Assembly (NCBI GenBank): GCA_903813345.2
Contig: CAIIXF020000001.1
Coordinates: 27,342,001-27,406,000, forward strand
DNA length: 64,000 nt
Direction: 5' to 3'
From: Owenia fusiformis
Lineage: Eukaryota
The notes beneath the pieces were generated by a model. That model was not told the DNA's origin, made no database searches, and saw only the letters and a program-made list of their open reading frames with translations. Positions 1 to 11,757 of this stretch are shown here, one piece after another (position 1 is the stretch's first letter; every line of letters begins with the position of its first letter). The position numbers and the translations under genes were made by a program.

Positions 1-1082
1 CATAAATGGTTTGGTTTATATTGTCAGATTATTACATTGTTTTTTCCTGTGTTATAAGTCTAACTAAAATATCTCCAATAATACATTGATTATTAGTAAT
101 TTTTTTGCCTTATTGTGATACAATCCTTATTTGGTTGTTTCAAAACACTTTTGCTTATTACAGCAATAGACATGTATTGGATACTTATTATATACTGTAT
201 ATGTATTACCTGAATGTTTAGATGAACAATAGATTCTTACAATATTGGGCTGAAAAGAATTAACATAAAATGTCCGAGAATGAAGGATCTACTTGTCAGC
301 GAATATTATCCAAGAAACATTCACTTTGGCATGATTTCATTCATGAGCTGTCTTAAGAGGGATTTATGCTACTTGAAAGGTTTCACGAGTCAGCGTTTCC
401 TTAGGATTGTAATTACTTTCAAAAGTCGGCACCACCTAATAAATGAGAATCAATTACAATGTACAATTCTTTCTAGGTTTCATTGCAAGGCTAATTGATA
501 AATTCTGTAATCTGTTATACATAAAAATCAACACAAATTGAAAGTTATGCATGTTAGGAATTTGATTTCCTAGATTTAATAGATTAAGGATATATAAAGA
601 GAATTCAATGTTGAATAATTGATAACATTTTGATATGATTTGACAGACAGTATAATATTGTATACATAATCAGGGAAGTCAAGTAGGTTGTTTTAGGTAT
701 TGTCACGAATTTTCGTCACGTTATAGTCTTACAATTCAAAGTGTATGTAGTTGTGCAATTCATTAGGCGACCAATGAGACATGAAATTGTGATCAAAGTA
801 CAGTTACTGTGACACAGGAGAACAGGGGTAATCAGAAAAAGGGCTTAAGAAGATGTATTGTACATGATTGATGCTATAATAATGAAACTGAACTGCCATT
901 TTGACTTAAAAATATTTGCTTCTCCAATACTAAAAGAACGAGATATTAAAATCATTTTTTCTTTTACAGATTCCTTGGATCTTCTTCTGGAGATAATGTC
1001 AACTAGTGTCAAATAAAAATATTTTTGCATTGGAGCATTGCATAGTTGAATTTTAAACATGTTCTGTTTTCTGTGATTTCAG

Positions 1083-4000
1083 GTGATATTCAGCTAGAGC
1101 AGGTTAAAGCAGAGGTTGGCTCAGACAAGGAGAATCCACCACAAAATCAGCAAACTGTAGAATCAGACAATATGGATGCCGATGGAGATGTCACTATGGA
1201 GACAAGAAAGCGTCCAATAGAGGGAGAAGTAGAAGACAGTGGTGATGAGCCGAAAAAGAAAAAGAAGAAGAAGAAGTCATTGGGGCCACAGATACCAAAG
1301 AATGCACTAATGCAACTGAATGAAATTAAACCTGGGCTTGAGTTCAAGTTGATGGGACAGACTGGTCCTGTACATGCTCCTGAGTTTGTCATGTCTGTAG
1401 AGGTCAATGGGGAAACCTTTGAAGGAACAAGCTCCACAAAGAAGAAAGCTAAACTTGTCGCAGCTGAAAAGGCCCTGAAATCATTTGTCCAATTTCCTAA
1501 TGCAGCTGAGGCATATCAAGCTATGGGTGGCCAGGTCACAGGCGGAGACTTCACTAAGGACGTTGCTGACCCTAGTAGTGATCTGCTATTCAGGCAATTT
1601 GATGGCGAACAGATGGAAGAAAATGGGACCAATGGTACGATTCGAGTCAATGGAAACACTCCGGGAGCCAAACGTGCCATCCAGCCCACAGCAGGGAAGA
1701 ACCCAGTGATGATTCTAAATGAGATACGTCCAGGGACCAAGTATGATGTTCTGTCTGAGACTGGGGAGAGCCACGCCAAGAACTTCTGCATGTCTGTTAC
1801 TGTAGATGACCAAACCTTCCAGGGAACTGGGCGGAACAAGAAATTGGCAAAATCTCGCGCAGCACAAGCTGCTCTAGCTAAAATCTTCAACGTTGAATTC
1901 CAATCTGCACCAGGTATATGTATAAACCTTTATATTGATTATATTCTATGTCAAGTTCCTGTCGAAACTTCGTGTCTTCTCAAATACTCCGACACTCCTA
2001 ACTCAATTGCACTCTGAGTAAGAACCTTGTTTCCGTGTCTAATTGCACTCCTCAACTTAAACTAGACGTCTTCGGTTATTGATCGAGACCACACGTCAAA
2101 CTGAGCAGACAATATGCTTGACAATGAATTAATTTCTATAATTCCGATCAATATTTTTACACATTGTATTTTTAATTATTATTTGCCAATAATAATTACA
2201 GTCTGTTTACTGTTGGTTTTGCTAATAGCTCAAGTTCCTTCATTTGAGTAAAGTCATTTCTCTCCAAATACTATTTAACACTTTGTGCGTCAATACAAAG
2301 GACATAAATTACACGTCTAATAGCATTTCTTCTCTTTTTAATCACCATTTTCTTCTTATGTGACATCACTGTTAATTTGTAGAGTTCCTAATTATCTTAT
2401 GCTGGCCAAAGGAGACATAATCTTTCAAAGGAAGTTTTCTTCTAATAGGAATGTTCTTCCTATGTAGTCTTTGGGGATGTTCAGTAAGGGTGTTTCTTAT
2501 CAAGTAAGGGTGTTTAATGGGCGTATACTTCATTCTTTCCAGGCAGGGGCATTCAGTAGGGGTGTTCTTCCAAATAAGGGTGTTCTTTCAGATAAAGTTA
2601 CTCATTTGTAGGGGTGTTTGTCAAACTAATAGTGTTCATTCCCATTTTCAGAAATTCATTTCTTCTTGATTTCTTAGTGCCAGAAACAATACCTAATCAT
2701 TTCTTACAAATACGAATAAACTGTCTGTGACCCGCTGAGCCTCTAGAGAATAGAGGATTCATACACAATTATTAGTGACTTCCTTCGTCCATTTATTACA
2801 GCATCCCTTGGGGGTAAAAAGTTCTATTTTCGCCATTTCTGCTGTATGGGTTACTTAGCATTACATTTTCAGTGGAATTAGACCTTGTTAAGGGCAATTA
2901 AGGGAGTTCTTATTGTTCACTAGAGAAACTACTGAACCATCACTGCTTTTCATATTCTCATATTCTAAATATTTCCAATCGTGCCAAACTCGAGCTTCAG
3001 TACAAGCTTCAATTTATTTAACTGAGCCAGGCTTGATAATGAAGCTTAAACAATTATTTTTGCATTAATTGATCTTTTTACTAAAACTAATGAATATACT
3101 TCTTTCGTTTTTTACTTAACTTGTAAACCATTTTGTTGAAAATTCATTGTTGCATCGATACAAGAAATATTCCATATTTGATACAACAGCCAGATCTTCA
3201 TCATAGTTAATAAAAAGTATATTATTTGCATTTGTTGGACTGTTTGATTTGTTATTTGAAAACAAATACCTTCTCTATGTTATGCCTCAGAAGATGTTAA
3301 TAAAAATAGACAATAAAAGAAAATATATGTAGCGTAGCGTAATGATTATATGTTTGACATTTAGCTCAGCTTATACTTAAGATTATGTGAACTTAACATT
3401 TGCTTTGTGACCTTCATCTTCTGATAGCACACCTTTCAGTATATGTGTATTTTTCAGGTTACATGTCCCCACGTTACGCCTATGTACCAGCATATTCCTA
3501 TGCCCGACTGTACAAATATTATTGTATGTTTCACAATTTAACAAAAGTAACTTCCTGAACGTTCTCGTTCAACTGACAGTAAGTTACTCTGTTGCATTGT
3601 GGGATGTATGATGTCACAATTAACCTCTCTATTTTGCCGTCATATTTATTCACTCTCACAGCTTGCTTTCTATAGACAGTCACGTGGTTTATTTTGGGAT
3701 TCTGCAGACACTGTTTATTCATGATTAGACGGCAAAATAGAAAGTTGAAGAAATGTTTAGAAAGCTTTTATGAGTTATATTCGGCATAAATGCTGATTGT
3801 TCTTCAGAGTTATCTAAATCTTGCACCAACCCATTGTATATCTACTCCCCTATCTTAATACACTTATGAAAATTGGGCAGTAGAATTAGAAACGTGATGC
3901 AAGTCTTTAGAATTGTAACTTTTAAATATGAATAAACACGTCACAGCATCAAGTCAATATATAAAGTGTTGTCTTGAGAAAATCTGAACATTATCATCAT

Positions 4001-7000
4001 GATTTTGAAAAGACTACATTTCAAAGGAACTTGTTGTAACTTTTCAGCGTGATTCTAACTGAAGAAATTGCTTCATCTTCCCATAGTGTTGATGCTAGAA
4101 CGTGTATCCATATATGGACAGCAGTTAATCCCCTAGATTCTTTCACTTTCACTCATGTCTGGCTATAATCAAAGAATTTTGTGATAAGACGTGTTTTTTT
4201 TTATCTAAAACGTATTACCAAAAACAATTTAATAAAAAGATTTTAAAAAACTGATCACCATATTGATTATCATCAATCCTCGTCTTATATTTTCTGAAAT
4301 ATTTTCTCAAAACTATAGTTAGTAAATGTTACAATTCTCACGGGCTTCAATTCAAAGTTCAAGACGTGTCCCATAAGATTCACATCTCTCACTGAGGCAC
4401 TTTACGCTGCAGCGTGTTGACATCTAATGGTAAACATAAACTTCCATTTGTTGAAAATTTCCGATCAGGCGATACTTCTCTTGTCAATGTATGTCCAGCC
4501 ATCCGTGTGATGTATTAACTTGCACCAGGAGCTCATTGATCAAGATTCTCTAGCGAAGAAATATTCTCTTTTTATCTTTGATTATTTGCATCTGATGAAA
4601 ATATCCTAATATTCCTCAATATGGGTCAGTCTGCAAATAAATTTTACAGAGACGCTTTTCAGGTGTATGTGACCTGATGAATTGAAAAACCATCAACTAT
4701 TGAAAGATTTTTCAGAAGTTGGAGCCATTGTGAAATTTATTTCACTTAAATTCATTAAAACAATAAAGTATACATCGGGTACTCAACTTGGGACATCAAA
4801 TAATTGAATATATCATTTGGATGCTCAATTGAATTCATCATGTTCATAGAATTTAGAAACTATGAGGGAACAGAGATTTTTGAAGTTCATGCACTCAAAG
4901 TGCCACATGACAAGGCATGTTACTTCAAATCTTGAAGAGAGGTAAAGGAGATTGGATTGAAATATTTTTGAAAGAGGATAATTATTTCAACAGCGATATC
5001 TGCTCTTCAGCCAGGCATGAAAATGTCAATGATTCGCTTGGTTTGTAGGCCACACATAAATAATGAAAATGTCTCGAGTAATCATTGCTTTAGAGACAGG
5101 TGCGTTGTGTGCATGTAAAGCATACCTCAATGGGAATATGTATCAATCTCATGCTTTCTACACCTCAATCATTCTGATTCTCGTAGCTTCCCTCTGTATC
5201 GCCAAGGCTGAGAAGAAATGAGATGTTGCGATTTATCATGGTGCACCTCATTGATGATACCCAAACTTTGCTACCCTGGACCCATGTTTTCTAAAAATCA
5301 AGTTGGTCTAGCTTCACATCAGACTATTGCGACTTGCAATAGGTAAAAACTGGTAAAAACTGCAAAGTTTGTTACAGAATGATAGAATTACATTTATTAC
5401 CTTTAATTTCATTTATTTCTCTTTATATTAGATTATAACAGCATCCTATGGAATATATTGAGGATGTTAGATCGAAATTAGATTTGTTTCCTAATTTGAA
5501 ATTGTAAAAGAAATTGGTCTTGGTTTTGTGCAGCTGGTTTTGAGGGAGTTGAGCTCTTTAAAATTCCCAAAGTAATAATTCCCATTGCTTGGTCCTTCAA
5601 ACAAAAATCTTATCAGGCCTTAATGAGTATGTCTCAACATTTGAGAAATGAGAACTTAGGCTAATCTGGATCACTTCCAATTTCTTGAGAGCACTTTAAA
5701 ATGATGTCTGTCCATTTTACTCAGATATAAGAGCATCTAAATCTGTAAAGTGATGAAATATGGAAAAGCATGAGAGACCTATTGAAATAAATGGAGGTTT
5801 TATTACTATGGTAATCCTTTGATTTGTTTACGGCCTAGATGGATTATCATTATGTCTGCTCCTATCTATCAATTGCAGCACCCATACATAATCAAGATAC
5901 TTCTGAAGTCATAAATGGTTTTTGATGGATTATATTCAGAACCTTTATAACCAAGATAATTTTAATGAAATGTTAATATGCCATTATGAGAAACAGTGAA
6001 TGTTCAGCTCTTGACATGAGTTGTGAAAATCTAGGGTTTAACTATTATGACCATTTTCATGATAATACAAATCTTTATGCTTTCGCTTTGCAATTATTTT
6101 TACTGCATTCTGGCTGGCCGAATTGTAGCACACGTAGTTGTAGAAGGCCAATTTTTGTGTGACGCCACCGGGTATTGGTGATATTTTTTTGTGGATGGTG
6201 TTCGGCATTTGATGGTTGGTGTCTGTAACAAATGGCAGGTGATGACATTTTGCATGTTAATGCCTTGTTTTGTTTTGATTTTGGAGTAGATTGGGCTTTA
6301 CTTGTAGCATTGCAACTTTTATATTATGATCATGCATTTAGATGCAAAAGGAGAATTGGATATAAGCCCCCTTCTGCATTTAAATGCTGATATGACCTTT
6401 ACATTTTGATATTCTTCCTCTATATATAAACTGAGATGCTTTAGAATATTTTAACACCAAGTTTAGCTCACTTTGCTTGTAACTTGCTCTCTTTCAAGCA
6501 GCACAAGTCAAAACAAATCTGTAACTCAATAGATTGGTTGTGAATTGTACTGTACGTCTTCTCAATGTGTGTTGGTGTGGTGTTAACCTCTACAGAATAC
6601 CCAATATATACTTTATATATTCAATTCTTATATATATTGTATATCATGCATTTGGTTATTTTGTATATTTGGTTGTATAAAATGGTTGAGCTTTGTCATA
6701 GAGACTACCAGAAAATGAATCAGAAAAATAGTTTTCATGTGAAATACTATATTTCTGTGATGTTCGCTTCTCATTTTAGCTAGCACATATTAACACATAT
6801 ATTGTTATATGAGAACATACACTGGGTGTTTATTTATAAGACATTGTTAATGTTTTGGGGACCAGCTCAACATTACGATGATGTCACATTGTGTAATTAA
6901 TTACATGATAGACTGACCCCCTACTAAAATAATTTATTGCATTTTCGAAGTAAAAGACACTTCCTTTCAAAAAATTGTCAAATAAAGTCATACTTCTTCC

Positions 7001-8675
7001 AAAGGTAAATGATTACATTTATGGGCATTTATCAATGTTGAACCTGTTCCCCTGAGTCTTATATAATAGACACTCTGTATGTGTCTGATATATTGTACTG
7101 ATATCTATCTTTGTGTTGTAGGGCAGGAAGCAGTCCTAGCTGAGGGGGGTGATGATGCGTCCCTACATCTACCCCAAGTGCTGGCAGACAAGGTTGCTGA
7201 CCTTGTAATCCAAAAATTTTCCGAGCTTACAGACAACATGTCATCTTCATATGCCCGCCGTAAGGTCCTGGCAGGGATTGTCATGACAACGAGCGATACA
7301 ATGGATGATGCCCAAGTGATCAGTGTCACAACTGGTACAAAATGCATCAATGGCGAGTATATGAGTGATCAGGGAATGTCTTTGAATGACTGTCACGCTG
7401 AGATTCTGTCTGGCCGTTGCTTACGACGTTTCTTCTATCAACAACTTGAGATGCATGTCAACCCAGAGCAAGCTGCACAGTCTATCTTCCAACCCCGTCC
7501 TGAGGGTGGATTCAAACTGAAAGAAAACATTCAGTTCCACTTATACATCAGTACCTCACCCTGCGGTGATGCGAGAATCTTTGCGCCCCATGTTGACACC
7601 ACTCCAGACAGACACCCGAATCGCAAGGCCAGAGGGCAGCTGAGGACCAAGATTGAATCTGGTGAAGGAACGATACCTGTACAGGCGAATGCTATGGTTC
7701 AGACCTGGGATGGGGTCCTCCAGGGGGAGAGGCTTCTCACTATGTCTTGTAGCGACAAGGTAGCTCGCTGGAATATCCTAGGGGTACAGGGTGAGTAGTC
7801 AAGACAGTACAGTAATGTAATACAAGTAAAATGTCATTTCATCATTCTTTTTGGAAAGTAATCGACATAGTTTTTCAGAGTCATAGAAACCCTTTTTCAA
7901 CCGGTATATTTTGAAATATGATTATTGCATATTTCACTCCAGATGAAATCAGAACCTCTTTAACGAACAAAAATTAATTGATATCAATTATCATGAAAAT
8001 ATGTATTTTAAAATATATTGCATATTTTACTTCAGACGAAATCAGAAATCTAAAATACAAATCACACATACTCATGTTTCAACTTTTTACTGTAGAACAT
8101 TAAAGAATTTAATATAAAATATTTTAATTGTGTTTTTAACTGCAGGTGCCTTACTGAGTCATTTCATAGAGCCTGTTTACTTCAACAGCATCATTCTTGG
8201 TAGTCTCTACCATGGTGAGCATCTCTCCCGGGCTGTCTATGCTAGGGTATTGGCAAACGACACAGGATCCTGGCCAGGAAGTTTCCGCATTAACCGACCT
8301 CTGTTGAGTGGTATCACTAACCAGGAATCCCGGCAACCTGGTAAGGCCCCTAACTTTGCTGTTTTATGGGGATTTGGTGACCCAGCCTTGGAGGTAGTGA
8401 CAGCCATGACGGGGAAAACTGAATCAGGCAGTCCAGCCTCAGTGTGTAAATACTCTCTCTTCAAGAGGTTTGCTGAGCTTTATGGGTGTATTCCATCGAT
8501 AAAAGGTCAGGGTGTCGAACGGCCACGTACCTATGCTGAGTGCAAGACAAGCATGTTGGACTATCAGCTGGCGAAGCAGCAGTTGTATAAGGCATTCAAT
8601 GCCAATAAGCTCGGTAGTTGGGTAGAAAAACCCATCGAACAGGATCAGTTTGAGCTGGGTAGCGAAACCAGTTGA
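1083..8675 (+). CDS. ADARB1: ADAR2-type double-stranded RNA adenosine deaminase (A-to-I editase); 5' end uncertain or outside window
   Basis: Phase-1 GT-AG exons 1083-1913, 7122-7790 and 8146-8675 join in frame. Exon 1 has a poly-K NLS and two dsRBMs ([10 protein letters not shown]..., [10 protein letters not shown]...[13 protein letters not shown]). The deaminase domain has [26 protein letters not shown] and a terminal WVEKP.EQDQF, all typical of ADAR2. Confidence 0.95.
6185..6270 (+). repeat. Short dispersed repeat, three copies in the window
   Basis: The motif TTTTTGTGGA..GTGTTC...ACAAATGG...GACATTTTGCATGTTAATGCCT also occurs at about 24028-24115 and 36118-36188. Confidence 0.75.
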
Positions 8676-8810
8676 GCTGGTTTGTGTCCTAGTTCTAATT
8701 CCACTGATCTCACGTCGCTCTGACGTCGTATGAAATTCACAGCTTCCGAGTGCAATCGTGAGGTCTGGAGATTAGAACTGGCTCAAACCTGTTTCAACCG
8801 GTTGCTGACT
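8658..8810 (+). other. Predicted RNA hairpin enclosing the ADAR stop codon
   Basis: 8666-8714 pairs with 8757-8803: AGTTCTAAT/ATTAGAACT, GATCTCACG/CGTGAGGTC, GGTTTG/CAAACC, and AACC-A-GTTGA/TCAAC-C-GGTT. Confidence 0.8.
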
Positions 8811-9181
8811 GTCAGTTTCAATTTCACGCAAAGACGTACACGCTTTTAGGATATTAATCCAGATGGCCCATAGAGCATGCACACGTTAATTCAGGTAGTC
8901 ATAGATTGGAATGAAGCATGTACATGGGGACCAGAACTTTTTGATCATGTACAGTGCAAATCAAAGCTCACCTAGCATTTTAGGTTAATTTTGATGTGTA
9001 CTGTATCATCTTCCTGAATTTTTTTTTTAAGAAATATAACTGCATAGTGTAGAAGAAATCACGCAAAGATGCTTTACTTTAGACCTTTTGGTCACATATT
9101 GTACCAGCACTTAATATTGCTTTCATAGTCAAGCACCAAGCAGGTATACAACAGTAAATTTACAGATTTTAGTATGGACAC

Positions 9182-9440
9182 AAGAAGGGTTGACTCCCAG
9201 TGTTCTAACTCGATATTCGACCTTGACCTTGAACGATCACAACATTGGAAATGTCATTATTTTCTGATATTATTACTGACAATAAATTCATAATCAGCAA
9301 TCCAAAAGATTTGGAATAATATCAATTCAAATTCTGAAGTGAAAAAATAGCCGCTGTTTGATTTTGAATTTTGTTATCATGATATGACTCCATATATGGC
9401 AGAATATCGAGTTGGAACCCTGGTAGCCAATTCTCTTTGG
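9182..9440 (+). other. Predicted long RNA hairpin in the ADAR 3' UTR
   Basis: GTTCTAACTCGATATTC (9202-9218) pairs with GAATATCGAGTTGGAAC (9402-9418). Pairing extends outward (CCAG/CTGG, TTGACT/AGCCAA) and inward (GTCAT/ATGAC, AATTCA/TGAATT). Confidence 0.75.
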
Positions 9441-11184
9441 TATAGACAAGAAGGGCTCTTGACAATAAATTCCATTACCGTACATTTACTACAGTACTTA
9501 GAGAATGAAAGTAGACATACTCATTGAACTGTCCCAATTTTAAAACATCTTTATTGTTTGAAGGCCCAATGCGAAGTGAAAATAATCCCTCATCGTTTCA
9601 AACTTATTTCTTGTGACACATTGTTTCAGATGTTTTAAGAAAAAGTGGTTTAACACTTCTCCAACTGTATGCAGCTATAGCATTCGCATATCATGTGAAA
9701 TTTTAACTTTTTTTTAGTTTTTCAAATGATTTTCTGAACAAGCTTTCAAATGATGTATACAACATGTCATAGCTATATGGTAAACATAATTTCAATCAGA
9801 CAGTTCAACTGGACAGTGATCAAACTTTTCATGGGGCCTTTAAAATAAGAGCTTGGTGTACTGTAGGTGGTAAACATATAATTATATACGCTTAATGATT
9901 GATAGGAATCAAGCTTTTTAATATGATGATATTGTTTATCAAGCGTCACTCCTCCTTCAAGCATGAAATAAATGTGACCGACCCTTCACTCATATATATG
10001 TACAGTCTGCGTCTGCGCACAATGTGTTTACGTACTAGATGTTTAATTGTAACGTTCAGCATTATGTAAATGGTTTTGAATTGTAGTCACAGCATTATAT
10101 CACATCTATAACGCCATTCAGATTTTACATGGTTTTTGCGTAAAGTCCTCATAAATGCTATTCTGTAACATAAATGTTTCACAAAAGCGAATCATTATTT
10201 AGGTTCACTGGTGCAATCCATTACAAAGCTGTGAAACTTTTACTGATGAATGGCTTCATAGGTGTTTGTTTATTCTTTGAATGTATTCATGAGGATGAGC
10301 AGTACATGTATATTTTCCAAACAGATTTACTGAACAGTGAGCTTTGTTTAAACTGAATGTGGGCACATGGTACCAATTGCAAGAGCCTGAGTTTGTCCAC
10401 AGTCTAAATGTACATGTATGTTTTGTTTTATTTTGACTTTGAGTCCTACATACTTCCTTCCATGGGGTTGAATACAGTGGAAATTGATTACGTAAAATTT
10501 ATTCGACTACAGTATATTTTTTCATTCTACTGGTATTGTGAAACTTTAATTGTATGGTATAACTTCTTTACACTGTATACCATTCAGTTCAGTACAGTAC
10601 AGTCCAGTTCAGTACAATATGGTAAAACTCAGTAATGTTACTTTGTGTAACATACTATTTTTTTTAAATATTGTGGGTTACAGGTTAGCTCCAATACAAG
10701 TGTCTTATTTAGTTAATTATCTTACATGTACGAAATGGAAAGTAAGTTGTACAGTGAATGTAAATGAAATGAATTCTTTATTTAGAAGAACTTGGACATT
10801 TTATTCAATACTTTGGAACTGGTCTCTTAGAAACACACGGATAATTAGGAGATTGATGTGAAAAAACATTTTTCAGCTTGGCAGTTACAAAAAAGGCACT
10901 TCTGAAAATAAGGGATTTATATCTTTTTTGTTGAATAAAATGTAAATGTTTTTCATAATGAAATTTCTTGTATGTTTTGTTGTATAAAATCTGGACAATC
11001 AATTTAATAACAATGCAGCTGCTGTCTCATTAGATGATTCATGTGATGTACCTCGCCTTACCTGGGCCCCTATGTGTAAACTCTTGTACAAATACCTAGG
11101 CATGGCTATAAGATAATTTAAAAGATAATTCTAAAGAAGGGGGTTCATTATTGCATAATACGCTATAACTTCTTTATTCACCCA

Positions 11185-11757
11185 GGGGTCATTAACAGAA
11201 CTTTCGCAAAGTTACGAATTCAACAGTCAATTGCTAATTTTACGAATTTGGTAAATGTGCATTAACAGAACTTTCGTAAAGTTACGAACGATACGCAAAG
11301 TTTTGAAAAATGACGTCACATATGCTTTCATTCATAACTTTAATAGCACCTCAGACCCTTTCATAACTTTGCGAATGGCATATTTCTCATCCAGTTCTTA
11401 TGTAAGGTATACAGGTTGGCAAAAAGAAATTGTTCTTTTTATGCATGCTAAGTTTCAAGCTAAAATATCCACCTATTCTTACATGATAAGCAAATATGTT
11501 CCTGAGCTGGGAATCTTTGAAATCACGGTGACCGGTTTAATCACAGCGCGCAATGATATCAAATGACATCATATTTTTATTTGTGCTAAATAATGATATA
11601 AGATGACGTCACAATTTGAAATTCGTTTACGAACTATAAAACTTATGAATGACTTACGAAAGTGTTCTGTTAATGGCCAATTCGTAACTTTACGAATTCG
11701 TAAGTCATTCGTAACTTTTTAAATAAGTAACTTTGCGAAAGTTCTGTTAATGACCCC
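11185..11757. mobile_element. MITE with 31-bp TIRs (possibly PIF/Harbinger-like)
   Basis: GGGGTCATTAACAGAACTTTCGCAAAGTTAC lies at the left end and its exact reverse complement at the right end. Internal TTACGAA sub-repeats are present. The TSD is ambiguous. Confidence 0.8.

Noticed and set aside
1914-2017. ORF continuation giving a dsRBM-only ADAR isoform
   Set aside because: This is run-on past a good donor (CAG|GTATAT) into intron sequence, with no independent evidence of retention.
4620-5300. Slightly coding-looking segment in the large ADAR intron
   Set aside because: All frames are interrupted by stops and no motif was recognisable.
8726-8765. SECIS element that would recode the ADAR UGA as selenocysteine
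   Set aside because: ATGA...TGA is present, but the apical AA motif and canonical helix spacing are lacking, and the segment is better explained as part of the larger hairpin.
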